Shown here: piece by piece, positions 1-10,990 of the stretch
Layout of the letters: each line of letters begins with the position of its first letter
Numbering within the stretch: position 1 is the stretch's first letter
Source: Gekko japonicus
Taxonomy: Eukaryota
Direction: 5' to 3'
Length of the DNA stretch: 64,000 nt
NCBI RefSeq assembly: GCF_001447785.1
Contig: NW_015159715.1
Location: 248,001-312,000, forward strand
The notes under the pieces: generated by a model
Told to the model about the DNA's origin: nothing
The model's database searches: none
What the model saw: the letters and a program-made list of their open reading frames with translations, nothing else
Translations under genes and position numbers: made by a program

Positions 1-244
1 CTGTTGGTAGCTGTCTGTTTTTCAGAATTTTGCTAAGTGAGCACTGAAAGAAGAGTTTTCAAGATTTCTATCTATGACTCCATAACAAAACAGCTCCATG
101 TTGTTTTAAGCCAGGGTTGATTTTTTTTCTCTATGTTTCAGAACTGGAAGAAAGCTCAGAAAGGAGTGCAAACCTCACCTGTGGACTGCAGGCTGCCCCA
201 GGCAGCATAGTGTACACCCACCCTCCAACACACATGCACCCCTA

Positions 245-632
245 GTTGAAGGAATTAGGTATGTTTATCCTGGAGAGAAACATAATTGCACTTTGCAACT
301 ACCTGAAGAGCTCTTACATAGAAGGGGCAAAAGACTTGTTATCTGCTGATGTAGGGGCAAAATTAATTGAGTAGACTTTGTTACAGAAGGGTAGATCTCA
401 AATAAATATTAGGGGAGGTTTCCTCATGGTAGGAGCCGTTCAACAGAGGAATCAGATAGCTACTGGGGGTGGAGGTTGTCCTTCGCTAAAGGTCTTCAAG
501 CAGAAGCTGGACAGCGATCTATCAGGAGTCAGGAGGGACTTGCCTTCAGTTTTGAATTCCCTGCACTGAGCAGGGAGCTAAGTTAGATGGCCAAGACCCT
601 TCACAGCTCTACGACAGTTTCTGTATCCTCTG
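245..632 (+). mobile_element. CR1 LINE 3' end fragment (decayed ORF2 C-terminus + 3' UTR)
   Basis: Translates to CR1-type C-terminus (LKELGMFILE.., LQKGRSQINIRGGFLMVGAVQQRNQ..PSLKVFKQKLD), followed by CR1-like 3' UTR (cctgcactgagcaggg..tagatggcc..cccttc..ctctac). Confidence 0.85.
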
Positions 633-928
633 TGCGTTCATAAAATACCACCCGAAATGTTAAAATATCTTTTTGATACAGCAGTTTATGCACTCTCATT
701 GAGACCTCTTCTTTTTTTTTCCAGCTCAGCTTAGAGGGAACATAGGTCAGGAGGGACTTGCCTTCAGTTTTGAATTCCCTGCACTGAGCAGGGAGCTAAG
801 TTAGATGGCCAAGACCCTTCACAGCTCTACGACAGTTTCTGTATCCTCTGTCCATTCATAAAATACCATCCAAAATGTTTTTGATACAGCAGTTTATGCA
901 CTCGCATTGAGACCTCTCTCTTTTTTTT
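528..928 (+). repeat. ~190-bp tandem duplication (528-720 / 746-928) separated by a 25-bp hAT transposon terminus
   Basis: Both copies start gtcaggagggacttgcc and end gagacctct..(T)n; spacer ccagctcagcttagagggaacatag resembles the element end at 20230-20250. Confidence 0.9.
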
Positions 929-1305
929 GCAGAGTTCTGTCAATATAGTACAGATATGAATCTGTACTATAGAAGGTAGGAAAGGACACAAACAAACTGA
1001 AGGAACTGAAAGCTATACCAAACTGCTGTACTCTGAACAAAATCTGGAAACAGAAACATAACAGTGGTGAATTGCTAATGCATCAGTTCCATTTCAGGAA
1101 GCAATTTAGAACTCCAAAAGGGGGGGGGGGTTGCTGGGACAAGAATAATTTTGGAGGCATCCCTGTTTCATATATCATCCGGAATGAAAAGGACCTAGAT
1201 GACCTTGCTCATGGCAGAGCAGCCAAGATTCCACCTGCCTCTCCATATGACCTTGATCCAAACCAAATATCATAGCAAAACAAATCACTTTGCTTGCTCT
1301 TACTA

Positions 1306-1442
1306 CCGTGTTTCCCCAAAAATAAGACACTGTCTTATATTTAATTTTTCTCAAGAAGACACACTAGGGCTTATACCACAAATGCATAGAAATCCTGCTA
1401 GGGCTTATTTTGGGGGTAGGTCTTATTTTCGGGGAAACAGGG
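1306..1442. mobile_element. Tc1/mariner-superfamily (pogo/Tc2-like) MITE
   Basis: 23-bp TIRs ccgtgtttccccaaaaataagac / gtcttattttcggggaaacaggg, flanked by TA on both sides. Confidence 0.9.
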
Positions 1443-1500
1443 TACTAATCTATAGTAATAAAAGAATCACCATGTCTGTCCATCTGTGCACTTATGGCAG

Positions 1501-1612
1501 GCATAACTCATCTGAGAATAAAGCTAGGAAACTCAAAACTGGCCACCAGCCTCAGGATTGTTGTGGGAGTTCCAGGGCCAAAATTGAAAGGCATGCGAAA
1601 ATCCTGGCCCAG
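1501..1612 (+). other. Candidate coding exon (112 nt, phase 2 to 0): HNSSENKARKLKTGHQPQDCCGSSRAKIERHAKILAQ
   Basis: ggcag|G acceptor, CAG|gtgaga donor, open frame; paralogous copy at 1682-1791 differs preferentially at codon third positions. Confidence 0.5.
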
Positions 1613-1681
1613 GTGAGACAAACCACATACATACACACACACTATACTATTTGCAAAAGAAGCTAAGGGTCTCTGGGGCAG

Positions 1682-1791
1682 GCATAACTCGTCAGAAAAG
1701 AATCCTACGTATTTTAAAACTGGCCACCAACCCCAGTGATGACGGAAGGTGCAGTGCCAAAAGTGAAGAGAACTGGAACATCCTGGACCAG
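1682..1791 (+). pseudogene. Decayed paralogous copy of the 1501-1612 exon (2 nt shorter, TGA TGA in frame, weak donor)
   Basis: HNSSEKNPTYFKTGHQPQ** then, after frameshift, DDGRCSAKSEENWNILDQ; homology bounded by ggcag| and CAG|gt. Confidence 0.5.
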
Positions 1792-1849
1792 GTTATCTTC
1801 ACAATAGGCAATGTGTAATAAGAGAGCTTTTAAGCAAACTACTTGGCTC

Positions 1850-1990
1850 CCCAATCCACCATGGAAGGTTGCTGGGTGACAGACTCGCAACCAGACCTAC
1901 CTCACAGGGTTGTTGTGAGGATAAAATGGAGGAGAGGATAACATTGCAGTTTTGGGTTCCCGTTTGGGGGAAAGACTGGGTATGAAATTT
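1850..1990 (+). mobile_element. tRNA-derived MIR/CORE-like squamate SINE, 3' part
   Basis: cctacctcacagggttgttgtgaggataaaatggaggagagg core shared with the fuller copy at 49262-49490. Confidence 0.75.
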
Positions 1991-2904
1991 ATTATAAATC
2001 TAATTTTAATGTCATTTAAAAGATTACATCATTTGTCATATAACAAAGTGACCTTTATGAAGGGCTATTAGATCTTCCGCCAAAACACTAATAATGGTAA
2101 CACAATCCAGTGCCTGAACTGGGAGTTCTAACCTCTGCCAACATGTATAACAGATTAAAGTTCCATTATCATGCTTGTAAAGGCTGGTGGAGGGGGGAAG
2201 CATCTTTTTACTACTTTGTAAGATCATGGGGAAATATTAACTCTCCTGTTCATAATATTAACAAAGCCTTGCTACTGTACCACTATTAAGTACATTCTGT
2301 TGCCAAGCGCTACAGGGATGAGAAGGAGCTGAGTTCAAGACCTGAAAATAATTTGAGAGGGAGACACACACAAAAAATAGGTGGAGGGAGAGATAAATGG
2401 ATGAGAAAAATGTGGAAAAGGAGAGAAATTAAGGAAGAAAGAGAGAAAGGTTATTTTATTTAACTGCTTTGCAAGATCTGGCTGAGCTGGGTGCAAGGAA
2501 AGAAGAAAGAAAGGGGACACACAATTGTAGAAAACCTTATTAGCAGGCCTCAGGCTGGCAATTACTATAGCAGCCATCAATGTGCTGGCCGCTTTAGTCT
2601 TGCAGAAAGGCAAGTCTAGCCTGTAGTCTAGCCAATTACTGTTCTCAGACTTCCTGGTACCCCTAGTGGCTGCAGCCAGAACAGCATTAAAATAAATGGA
2701 AAGACATCTGGCTGGATGCAGCATGATGCCGGCTTCAAGGGCACTCCAGCTGACTTGGGCCCCTGAATTTTGTCCCCCTAATCTCCCATTGTCAGCAGCC
2801 CTGGATAATGGTATGAGCTAACTAGAACTCTAGAAGAGCAGAAATATGTCAGACAGAACTTTGGGAGTGGAAACAAGTTGATCATAAGATATCCGACTCA
2901 TGGG

Positions 2905-3035
2905 ACCTGGGCAGAGGTGCCAACTCCAGGTTGGGAAATTCCTGGAGATTTGGTGGTGTAAACTGGTGAAGGCAGATTTGAGGAGAGGAGAGAACTCAGT
3001 GGGTTATAATGCCATAGATTCCACCAGCCCTGTGG
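2905..3035 (-). mobile_element. Fragment of TAGGGTTGCCA-ended hAT-like non-autonomous family
   Basis: ccaggttgggaaattcctggagatttgg..gggttataatgccataga matches other family copies in the window. Confidence 0.7.
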
Positions 3036-4015
3036 TTAGACAATTTTTGTTGAAGGGGGCACTGGGTGGAGGGGACACTGAATGGAGGAGGGGCGGGAGG
3101 AGAAAAAAGAATGGAGTGTGCACACAGCAGATGAAGGAGTGTGGTGGGGAGGGGTGGGCTGCTGTGGAGGATCCAGGGTGGGCTTGTGCAAGCTGGAGTA
3201 GTTCTGAGGTACTGAGCATGTGGGCCAGAGCTGGGAAGCAGCTCTTGGTACAGGTTGGGAGCAAGGAGGAGAAGGAGTTCCTCTGCACAAGATCTGTGCA
3301 ATGAAAGGGCCTCTTGCACAGGAGCTCTTCCCATGGCAGGATCGTGGCACCTTCTCAGACAGGCATAGGAAGGTCCCTTTGGAGGTGGTTGTCATGGTTG
3401 CCACAGCCAGGGCAACCAAGCATTGGGAAGGCCAAGCACAGTCCCATCCCATCTCTGGCTGATGCTCTGCAAGCTCTGAGAAACTGAGGTGGAGCCAGCC
3501 TTCAGAAGGACCAGCTGGGCCACAGCTGAGTCTCCCTTCGTCAGCATTCAGGCCAAGGTAGACTTGGAGCCAGCTTTCAGGAGGACCAGCCAGGCCACAG
3601 CTCCAGGGGCTGCCTCAGTCATGGGATCCCCAATGCGAGGGCAGGCCGAGTGAGCCCTCCAGCCAGCTGGCTAGATGGCTACATTACGAGCACATGCCAC
3701 TCCTGACTGCTCTCTGGGTGGTGGCAGTCGGATGGTGGCTGCTCCCAGGGGCTGGCCAGGGCATCCACGGGTGATGGCAGGGAGGGGCAGGGAGGGGCAG
3801 GGCAGATTAGGGAGAGGCATCACCCCCAGGCCTGTGGGGGCTATGAGCCTGGATTCCACCCTTCAAAGCAGCCATTTTCTTCAAGGGAACTAATCTCTGT
3901 AGTCTGGAGGTCAGTTGAAATTCCAGGAGCTTGTCCTGTGGGAGAACTTGAAAATCAATTATGGTCGGCACCCATGATTTTTCATTAGACCATGCTGACT
4001 TTCAGCTGTGCTGTC

Positions 4016-4340
4016 TAGGGATCCCAAGTCCCCCCCGGGGGTGGGGAAAACCCTGCCCCAGAGGCCCGTTCCCTGGCGCCGCCGGATCGGGCCCCGGGGG
4101 GAACTCCACCCCAACGTGTGCATCACCCGGAAGTGACGCGACCATGCCGGGCACGCTGGGGGCGGGGCCACGGCCATCCAAGGGAAAACTCTATGGTTTT
4201 CCCTTGTATGGCTGTGCCCCCGCCCCCAGCGTGCCTGGCGTCCTCCCGTCACTTCCGGGTGATGTGCGTGTGGCGCGCGCACACACCAGATGCCGGCCGG
4301 GAGCCACCCGCTCCCGGCAAAGATCAACTTGGCAACCCTA
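4016..4340. mobile_element. Young non-autonomous hAT (Blackjack-like) DNA transposon, CpG-rich
   Basis: Ends TAGGGATCCCAAGT / ACTTGGCAACCCTA; perfect 8-bp TSD gtgctgtc (4008-4015, 4341-4348); internal inverted arms. Confidence 0.9.
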
Positions 4341-4686
4341 GTGCTGTCATATGCTGAAATGTTCATGACAGCAATCAACTTTTGGTAACCAGTTTTATCT
4401 GCAGTTTTTCAAACTGAATTGAGCATAGAATGGCACAGTTTCACAATAAAAACAATATTCATATTAAGTAGTGCTGGGGGTAGAAATGTATGTGATGAAC
4501 ATTGCCAGAGATTTATCGTAGGCAAGATCAGTTATTGTAATCACATGCAAAAGGTACCAGGTCCACTTTTGTTCTGATTATTCATATTCCTTAAAAGGAA
4601 AAGAAATTACTCCAGCCAAGGTTTTTAGCCTTATAATACCACTTCACATATTCTAATAAAGAGACTAACATGAGGGTTTTTCCCTT

Positions 4687-4854
4687 NNNNNNNNNNNNNN
4701 NNNNNNNNNNNNNNNNNNNNNNNNNNNNNNNNNNNNNNNNNNNNNNNNNNNNNNNNNNNNNNNNNNNNNNNNNNNNNNNNNNNNNNNNNNNNNNNNNNNN
4801 NNNNNNNNNNNNNNNNNNNNNNNNNNNNNNNNNNNNNNNNNNNNNNNNNNNNNN
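4687..4854. other. Assembly gap (N run)
   Basis: Run of n. Confidence 1.
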
Positions 4855-5742
4855 CCAGTTTCTTTTCCAGGGCTTCCAGCCTTCTGGATAATAATGTTTG
4901 TTGCACGCTTAGACACATTGCTGAATAGGTGTCAAAAGTCCAAACTGATTCAATCTAAAAATAACCTCAGAGTACAGTCTCTGTCAGCATTTTGTTGATC
5001 TTAAAAGTTCAATATGTTTCAGAGCCTGAGATGAATTTTTATTACAATTTCTGGTAAGATATCCAACTGCCAGACTCATATTACTTGACTACAATGTCTC
5101 TACTGCTAAGAATATTGCCACTATGTCAGTAAGAAAATGGGAATATTAGGTTTTGAATGCTGCAAAGATTGGTAAGATGACAGCATGGTCCAATCTTCTA
5201 CATACATATATCAAAATGATGAAATTCAAGAAAAAGGCTGTTAAATCTTTGTTCCTGAGGGAAAGACCAGTATAGCCCACAAGTACACAAGCCCTGCCAC
5301 ATCTACAGGCTATATTGCAGTAAAGCTGCAAAACTTACACTGAGCTGAAGTTACACATTGGTTAGTTTCTGACAGCTCAAAGTTTACAGATGAGTGAAAC
5401 TATGGAACAGGAAATGATTTTATATAGCCATCTGGAAACAAGCTCAATGTAATGCTATCTTTGGTTTTTGTCCTACAGATTGGGAATCTTTGTGGTTTAT
5501 AGGGGCAAATAAGCTCACCCTCTAGCCACCATGCCTCACAGAATATCACAGATGCCACAATGAGAATGCTGCTGGAAATTACAGTAAAGCACAACACTAT
5601 ATAAATATAAGGCACTGTATCAATAGGGCAGCTGTCATTTCAAGCCATGGAAAACTTGCTTGTTAGTAGGTTTTCTTAGATGCATGTTACATACCTAGGT
5701 TCCCCTATATAATTGTATTTTATTGAAATGTATGAAACTTAC

Positions 5743-5778
5743 CGACAAATAATGTACCGTATTGAACACTGAACACGG
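5743..5778 (-). other. Candidate 36-nt micro-exon on the minus strand
   Basis: Minus strand: ctcat (branch-like)..cttttgtgttcag|CCGTGTTCAGTGTTCAATACGGTACATTATTTGTCG|gtaagt; all three frames open; CpGs retained in AT-rich surroundings. Confidence 0.35.
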
Positions 5779-7021
5779 CTGAACACAAAAGTTTGGTAAT
5801 GAGTATGCTTCTTTTCATTTTTAGGCGAATGATAGTTACTATAGATTAGTTCAAAAGGTGGAAAGTTTCTCCCAACAATGATACAAAACAAGAGCAAACA
5901 GCTCCACGTTGTTATCGTATCTTGTGAAGTAAGCAGAGAAAGACCTGTTCCATTCCACCTTGGCTTGTTTTATGTACAGACAACACTCAGGAAACATTGT
6001 AAGTGCCAGCATAACCTTAGAGGTTATGAAAATGAATGAATGAAGACCACAACAGTCTCAGATCTTCAGTTTTGCTCACTTTGGTTTACTCTGAATTCAC
6101 ATAAGCCAAAATTGTCACCAAAAAGTAGCCTCTTTGAGTCACAATAACCATTTTGGAATTATAAAGAAAACTGTACCATGCAGGTTGCCAAAGAAAATAT
6201 AAAACAAGTAATGCTCACAATAAGAAAAAAAATGGTAAGCATGTTGCAGCAGAGTAAACCAACCAAACTGGGGTGGGGTGGGGTGGATGCCCTACACTAG
6301 GCTTATTTTAAATTCTCAAGAACTCAATTACTATTCCTTTCCCAACAGTGCAATGCCAGTGTACTATGGTGTAGGAAACTGTAGGATTTCAAAAGCACAA
6401 AGACTAGTGGATGGCCACAGTTTTTGAACTCAGTGAGTCCGTTATGTTGCAGTTAGGTGAAACATAGTTGATATCTCCCACATGATGCAAGGCACTCTGT
6501 ATTTAAGTGCACCTTTAGACTCTCTTGCTTTGTTTGGTTGGTGTAGTCATAAAGTAGATCAGAACTGTACACTACAATGGCCACTTCCACATTGTTTTTT
6601 TGTTTTGCTCCAAGTTTGAGGCCATTGAGATCCCCCCCCCACTTCCCTACAGCCTCATGGTACATTTGTGCACCTCTGGGGACTTCCTGTGGCTTTTCTC
6701 CAATCTTTCCCAAAAAGTTTTGGGAAATATTACAGCAAACCCTGGATAGCTGCTGTGTTGAAAGGAGGTCTGGATTTTACCATACCACTTTCATTTTTAA
6801 AAGAAGTGCTCAGCACCTTTTGTTACAGACCTATGAAACGAGATAGAGATTGACTCTAATCAGGTGTTCAAAGGTAGGAGATAACTCGGGTTAGTGATCA
6901 GCAGAAATGTTGCATTTGAGGCTCTGTTAAGTGCTAGGCCCAAACAGGGTAAACATTTAGGTTTGCTAAACAGCCAGGAAAAGCAGTGGTCTAGTTTGCT
7001 CTTGTACCTTTAGTGGTACAT

Positions 7022-7280
7022 TGTCCAAAGACGTTTCCGTGGTCATGTAGCCGGCATGACTAAACACCAAGACGCATGGAATGCTGTTACCTTCCCACCG
7101 AAGTGGTACCTATTTATCTACTTGTAATTTCTTGCTTTCGAACTGCTAGGTTGGCAGGAGCTGGAACTAGAGACGGGAGCTCACTCCATCATGTGGCACA
7201 CTCAGGTCTCAAACTACTGAACGAACGACCTTCCACAGCCTGCAGTTCAGCATCTTAACCACTTGAGCCACCGCAGCTCC
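7022..7280 (-). mobile_element. Sauria SINE (tail truncated)
   Basis: cttcccaccgaagtggtacctatttatctacttg..ttcgaactgctaggttggcaggagctgg..cttaaccacttgagccaccgcagctcc; tRNA-like head on minus strand. Confidence 0.9.
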
Positions 7281-8194
7281 ATACATTGATGTATAGATAT
7301 CAACAAATAATCAAGTTTATTAAGTTGCTGCTAAGGGAAACCAGCCAGCTGGCAACTCTGTCACTGTAACACCAGAGAGCTGTGCAAATATTTAAAACCA
7401 TGCACATTGTAGGCATGTGTGTGTGTGGGGGGGGGTAGTATCATGCCTGCTGGCCTGCCTCTCTGAATCCTGTGCATTCTGTGGCAAGCCTACATGCATA
7501 CAGGTGTATGTGTGTGGACTCTTCAACATGCGAATGCTGCAACATTTTCAAATGTGTGTAAGAACCTTCCTGCATGTTCTTGTATCTGCATAGGGTAGAC
7601 TTGCTAGTCAAGCTCTTCACTCCAGCAGGATCAAAAATTGGCAGAGCGACATCATGCAGTATCATGACACCACATCATATCCATTTGTACCCAGAGGTGA
7701 TGGCATGATGCTCTAGGAATTCCCTGGTATCTATGGTAAAAACTATAGAAATCTGGGGAAGCCCTATAGCACCGTGTCATCATTTCTGAGCAAACTGCCA
7801 TTTGTATTCTATGTATGCTCTGTGTAACCTGCCTGCTGTATGATGGGGGGAATTAGCCTGCATTGCTCTGTTCTCATCCTCCCCTGTGTGCTTTATCTCT
7901 TGTTTTGACCTTGGAATGCTTTTGCTGCCTTTGTAGCAGGTAAGACTGTGAGAACCGTTGATAGGGTTGTTCCCAATCTGGCTGGTGTGAACCAAACGGC
8001 TGAAATTTTTATTTATTTTTATTTACATTCAGCTTATATCCCGCTCAAACCCCTCCCACGGGGTCTCTGAGCGGCTTACATAGTTTATTATCTCTAACTA
8101 TGGGCACATACATCATTGGGGTGGGATTGCTATCTCCCGCCTTGGTTTTCTCCCGCTTGAATTTCTGCTGAGTGCGAACTGTATTCATTGGCTT

Positions 8195-8489
8195 AATCAG
8201 TCAATCCTAAAAGAAATCAACCCTGACTGTTCTCTGGAAGGCCAGATAATGAAACTGAAGCTCAAATACTTTGGCCACCAAATGAGAAGGGAGCACTCAC
8301 TGGAGAAGACCCTGATGCTGGGAAATACTGAAGGTTAAAGAAGACGGGGACGGCAAAGGATGAGATGGTTAGACAGTGTCATAGATGCAACGAACATGAA
8401 ATTGAGCACACTTCAGAGGACGGCAGAAGACCGGAAGCTGGTCCATGGGGTCATGAAGAGTCGGACTCGACTGTGCAACTGAACAACAA
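8195..8489 (+). mobile_element. RTE-BovB LINE 3' fragment
   Basis: MKLKLKYFGHQMRREHSLEKTLMLG..RGRQRMRWLDSV; ends ctgaacaacaa; closely matches 26727-27031. Confidence 0.95.
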
Positions 8490-8735
8490 TCTGTACATGC
8501 TTGGCTTTGAGTTTCATTCCTGACAATGACCGTGAAAGTGCATCAATAGTGACTTGTATAAAAGCAACCTATTCTTATGAATCGTTGTGGACTGCAACTG
8601 CTCTATTGAACCTGACAGTCATGTAATGTTGCTTCTTAGCCCACATCTTGCTCCTGCTGGAGTGAAGACTGGCATCTGGGACCTGAAGCTGGGGGTGGGA
8701 GACTGCCATGGCAGGCAATCCAGTAGGCCTAGCAT

Positions 8736-8932
8736 ATAGGGCTGCCATCCTCTAAGTGGGGCCTGGAGATCTCCTGGAATTACAAATGACCTCCAGATGG
8801 CAGAGATCAGTTCCCCTGGAGAAAATGGCTGCTTTGGAGAGTGGACTTTATACTCCACTAAGGTCCCTCCCTCCTTTCCTCAAACTCTGCCCTCCACAGG
8901 AATTTCTCAATCCTGAGCTGTCAATTCTACTT
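8736..8932 (+). mobile_element. TAGGGTTGCCA-family hAT-like MITE
   Basis: tagggctgcca..ggagatctcctggaattacaa..gagatcagttcccctggagaaaatggctgctttgg. Confidence 0.8.
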
Positions 8933-9013
8933 CCATAAGGCTAGCTGTAGGTGTTCAGCAGAATGGGGAAACATCAGGGTGGAACCAGGGAGTGCAGTCC
9001 CATTCCCCTAAAT

Positions 9014-9297
9014 CAGGGGCATGACACCTGCCAACACCTTTCCTGGTATCTGCCAAGTGTTTTTGGGAAATGGGCAGGGCAGGTAGGGATTTTGTCCAGC
9101 AAGGCTTCTAATTGGCCATTGAAGATTTAATTTGACTGTGCAGATTTTTGGAACTTCACTGTGTGATTGAAGGTAAACTGCAGTAGCCATTTTGTGGCTG
9201 GCTTCATCTCTTGCAGCAGCCATTTTGTAGCTGTGCCTACCGCACTGTGCTAAAATTCCAAAAGAGACCGCAGATTCAAAAATGTTTGGGACCCATG
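9014..9297. mobile_element. Non-autonomous hAT (Charlie-like) element
   Basis: CAGGGG start, gtttgggacccatg end, perfect 8-bp TSD ccctaaat (9006-9013, 9298-9305). Confidence 0.85.
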
Positions 9298-9765
9298 CCC
9301 TAAATGCTAGATTGTAAGTGTTTTGCAATATCTCCATAATCCTATTATTCTCTTATATGAAATAGTGTGCGCCTTTTCTACTGACTTTATTATTTTTCAG
9401 TTAGCAATAAGATTTAGATGTAGGTGACGACTTTTAGATAACAGACATTTGTCCAACGTGCACAGAGGTTCAAAATCTGTTGACCTCTCCAGATGAGTCA
9501 ATAATTAGAACCCGCTGGCTCATTTTTTGCTAAAATAATTTCTCTCTTCATAAGTAGCCCTATTTTCTCAGGAGCAACCAATAATCTAATAAGGTCTCTG
9601 CAGAGGAAAGCTGCCCCCCCCCCAAATCCTCAAAGCCTTGAAAAGCTCCTGGAAGAAAAATATAATTTTTCATACCTACAGGACTTCTGATCAGCTGCAG
9701 ATGAGATTGCTTGAGACAATATCAAAAAAGTTATTTCCAGCATGCAGAAAACTTATGATTCACAG

Positions 9766-9871
9766 TGTACATAAACACTGTTTACTGCTTTTGCAGAGGA
9801 ACGCGAAAGGAAGATGAGTGCTTGTACATAAACACTGTTTACTGCTTTTGCAGCGGAACGCGAAAGGAAGA
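9766..9871. repeat. 57-bp period tandem duplication
   Basis: tgtacataaacactgtttactgcttttgcag(a/c)ggaacgcgaaaggaaga twice. Confidence 0.95.
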
Positions 9872-10403
9872 ATGCAAATAAGCTCACTGAGGCCAAGAGC
9901 TTGACTGACACATCCAAATACATTTTATCCTTATTATGTAATTTTGTTTTTAGAGGCACACAACAGAAGAGAGGATACTTAGAATGCAGGCCAATGTCCT
10001 CACCTAAACTCGGTTATATTTCCAACAAGAACAACATCTCATGTTTCACATTGGTATGTTACATAAAGATCAGGAAGCCCAGCAAACGCATTGCTCATTT
10101 TATTTACACTAATTATATGGTACTGAATTCTTCTTTTATCAATGGGTGCAAACCCCATTCAACTTAAGCACTAAAAACCCATTTAGATCTGGGATGGGGA
10201 AAAGTTGAGAATTTTAAGTAGGGTTTTCTTGCGGGGAGCCAGAGCTGGAAGGGACTCTGTGGAAAAAGAAAAGTTTTATTAGCTGCCTGCCAGAGTAATA
10301 CTTAGGTCAGGGCAGAGCATGAGCAATCTTAGCAATCTGAGCAATATGCTGTAGGAATCCCTTTCTCCAGCAATTATTTTTGTCCTGCAAATAGCGTACC
10401 CTC

Positions 10404-10770
10404 TAGGTTTGCCAGACCCTCTGGTGGAGGCAGGGGTCCCCCACTGCAAGGCCCTTTCCATCAGCTGCCAATCAGCTGGTCAGCAGGGGGACTTACCAGT
10501 AGAAAGAAGAAAGCCCAGGCCACATCATTGGCATCATACTGGAAGTTACATTATCATGGCAGCAATTTCTGGGTGATGCTCTGGTATTTGGGCAAACATT
10601 CTACGATAGAAGCCAGTTTTACAATAGAGTTTTCACCCAAATACCAGAGTGACACCTGGAAGTCACTGGCATCATGACATCACTTCCTGTGCAATGCCAG
10701 CAACATGGCTTGGGCCTTTCTTTTTTTCCCCCCTGGAATGTCCCCCCATCCCCTGCCAGTTGCATCCCCA
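10404..10770. mobile_element. hAT (Blackjack-like) non-autonomous element, older relative of 4016-4340
   Basis: taggtttgcca start, ttgcatcccca end, internal inverted arms (gggtgatgctctggtatttggg / cccaaataccagagtgacacc). Confidence 0.75.
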
Positions 10771-10844
10771 TTCCCCTCATAGAGATAGAGCTGAAAGCAC
10801 ATGGCTGAATGCTGATATGCAGACAAACTCCAGAGAGTCCATGG

Positions 10845-10990
10845 TATAAGAAGAGAAGAGTAAAAGTGAAGGCCTCCTGGATCAGACCAATGGACCACCT
10901 AGTCCAGCACATATAACGGCCAACCAGATGCCTCCAACAGACTTGCAAGTTAGGTGGCCCTCAGTATCCCAATAAACCTCTGCTTCTGAC
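10845..10990 (-). mobile_element. CR1 3' UTR fragment
   Basis: ctggatcagaccaatggaccacctagtccagca..ggccaaccagatgcctc, as in the CR1 tails at 15143-15420 and 39350-39430. Confidence 0.7.

Noticed and set aside
1199-1666. 155-aa ORF as a single-exon gene
   Set aside because: It reads through a Tc1/mariner MITE; only the 1501-1612 part shows coding-like evidence
2900-4378. Cluster of overlapping 60-140 aa ORFs on both strands
   Set aside because: GC-rich repeat-derived sequence with few stop codons; no recognisable domains
5879-5881. In-frame TGA as a selenocysteine codon
   Set aside because: No selenoprotein-like context or SECIS seen; a nonsense mutation or a non-coding exon is simpler
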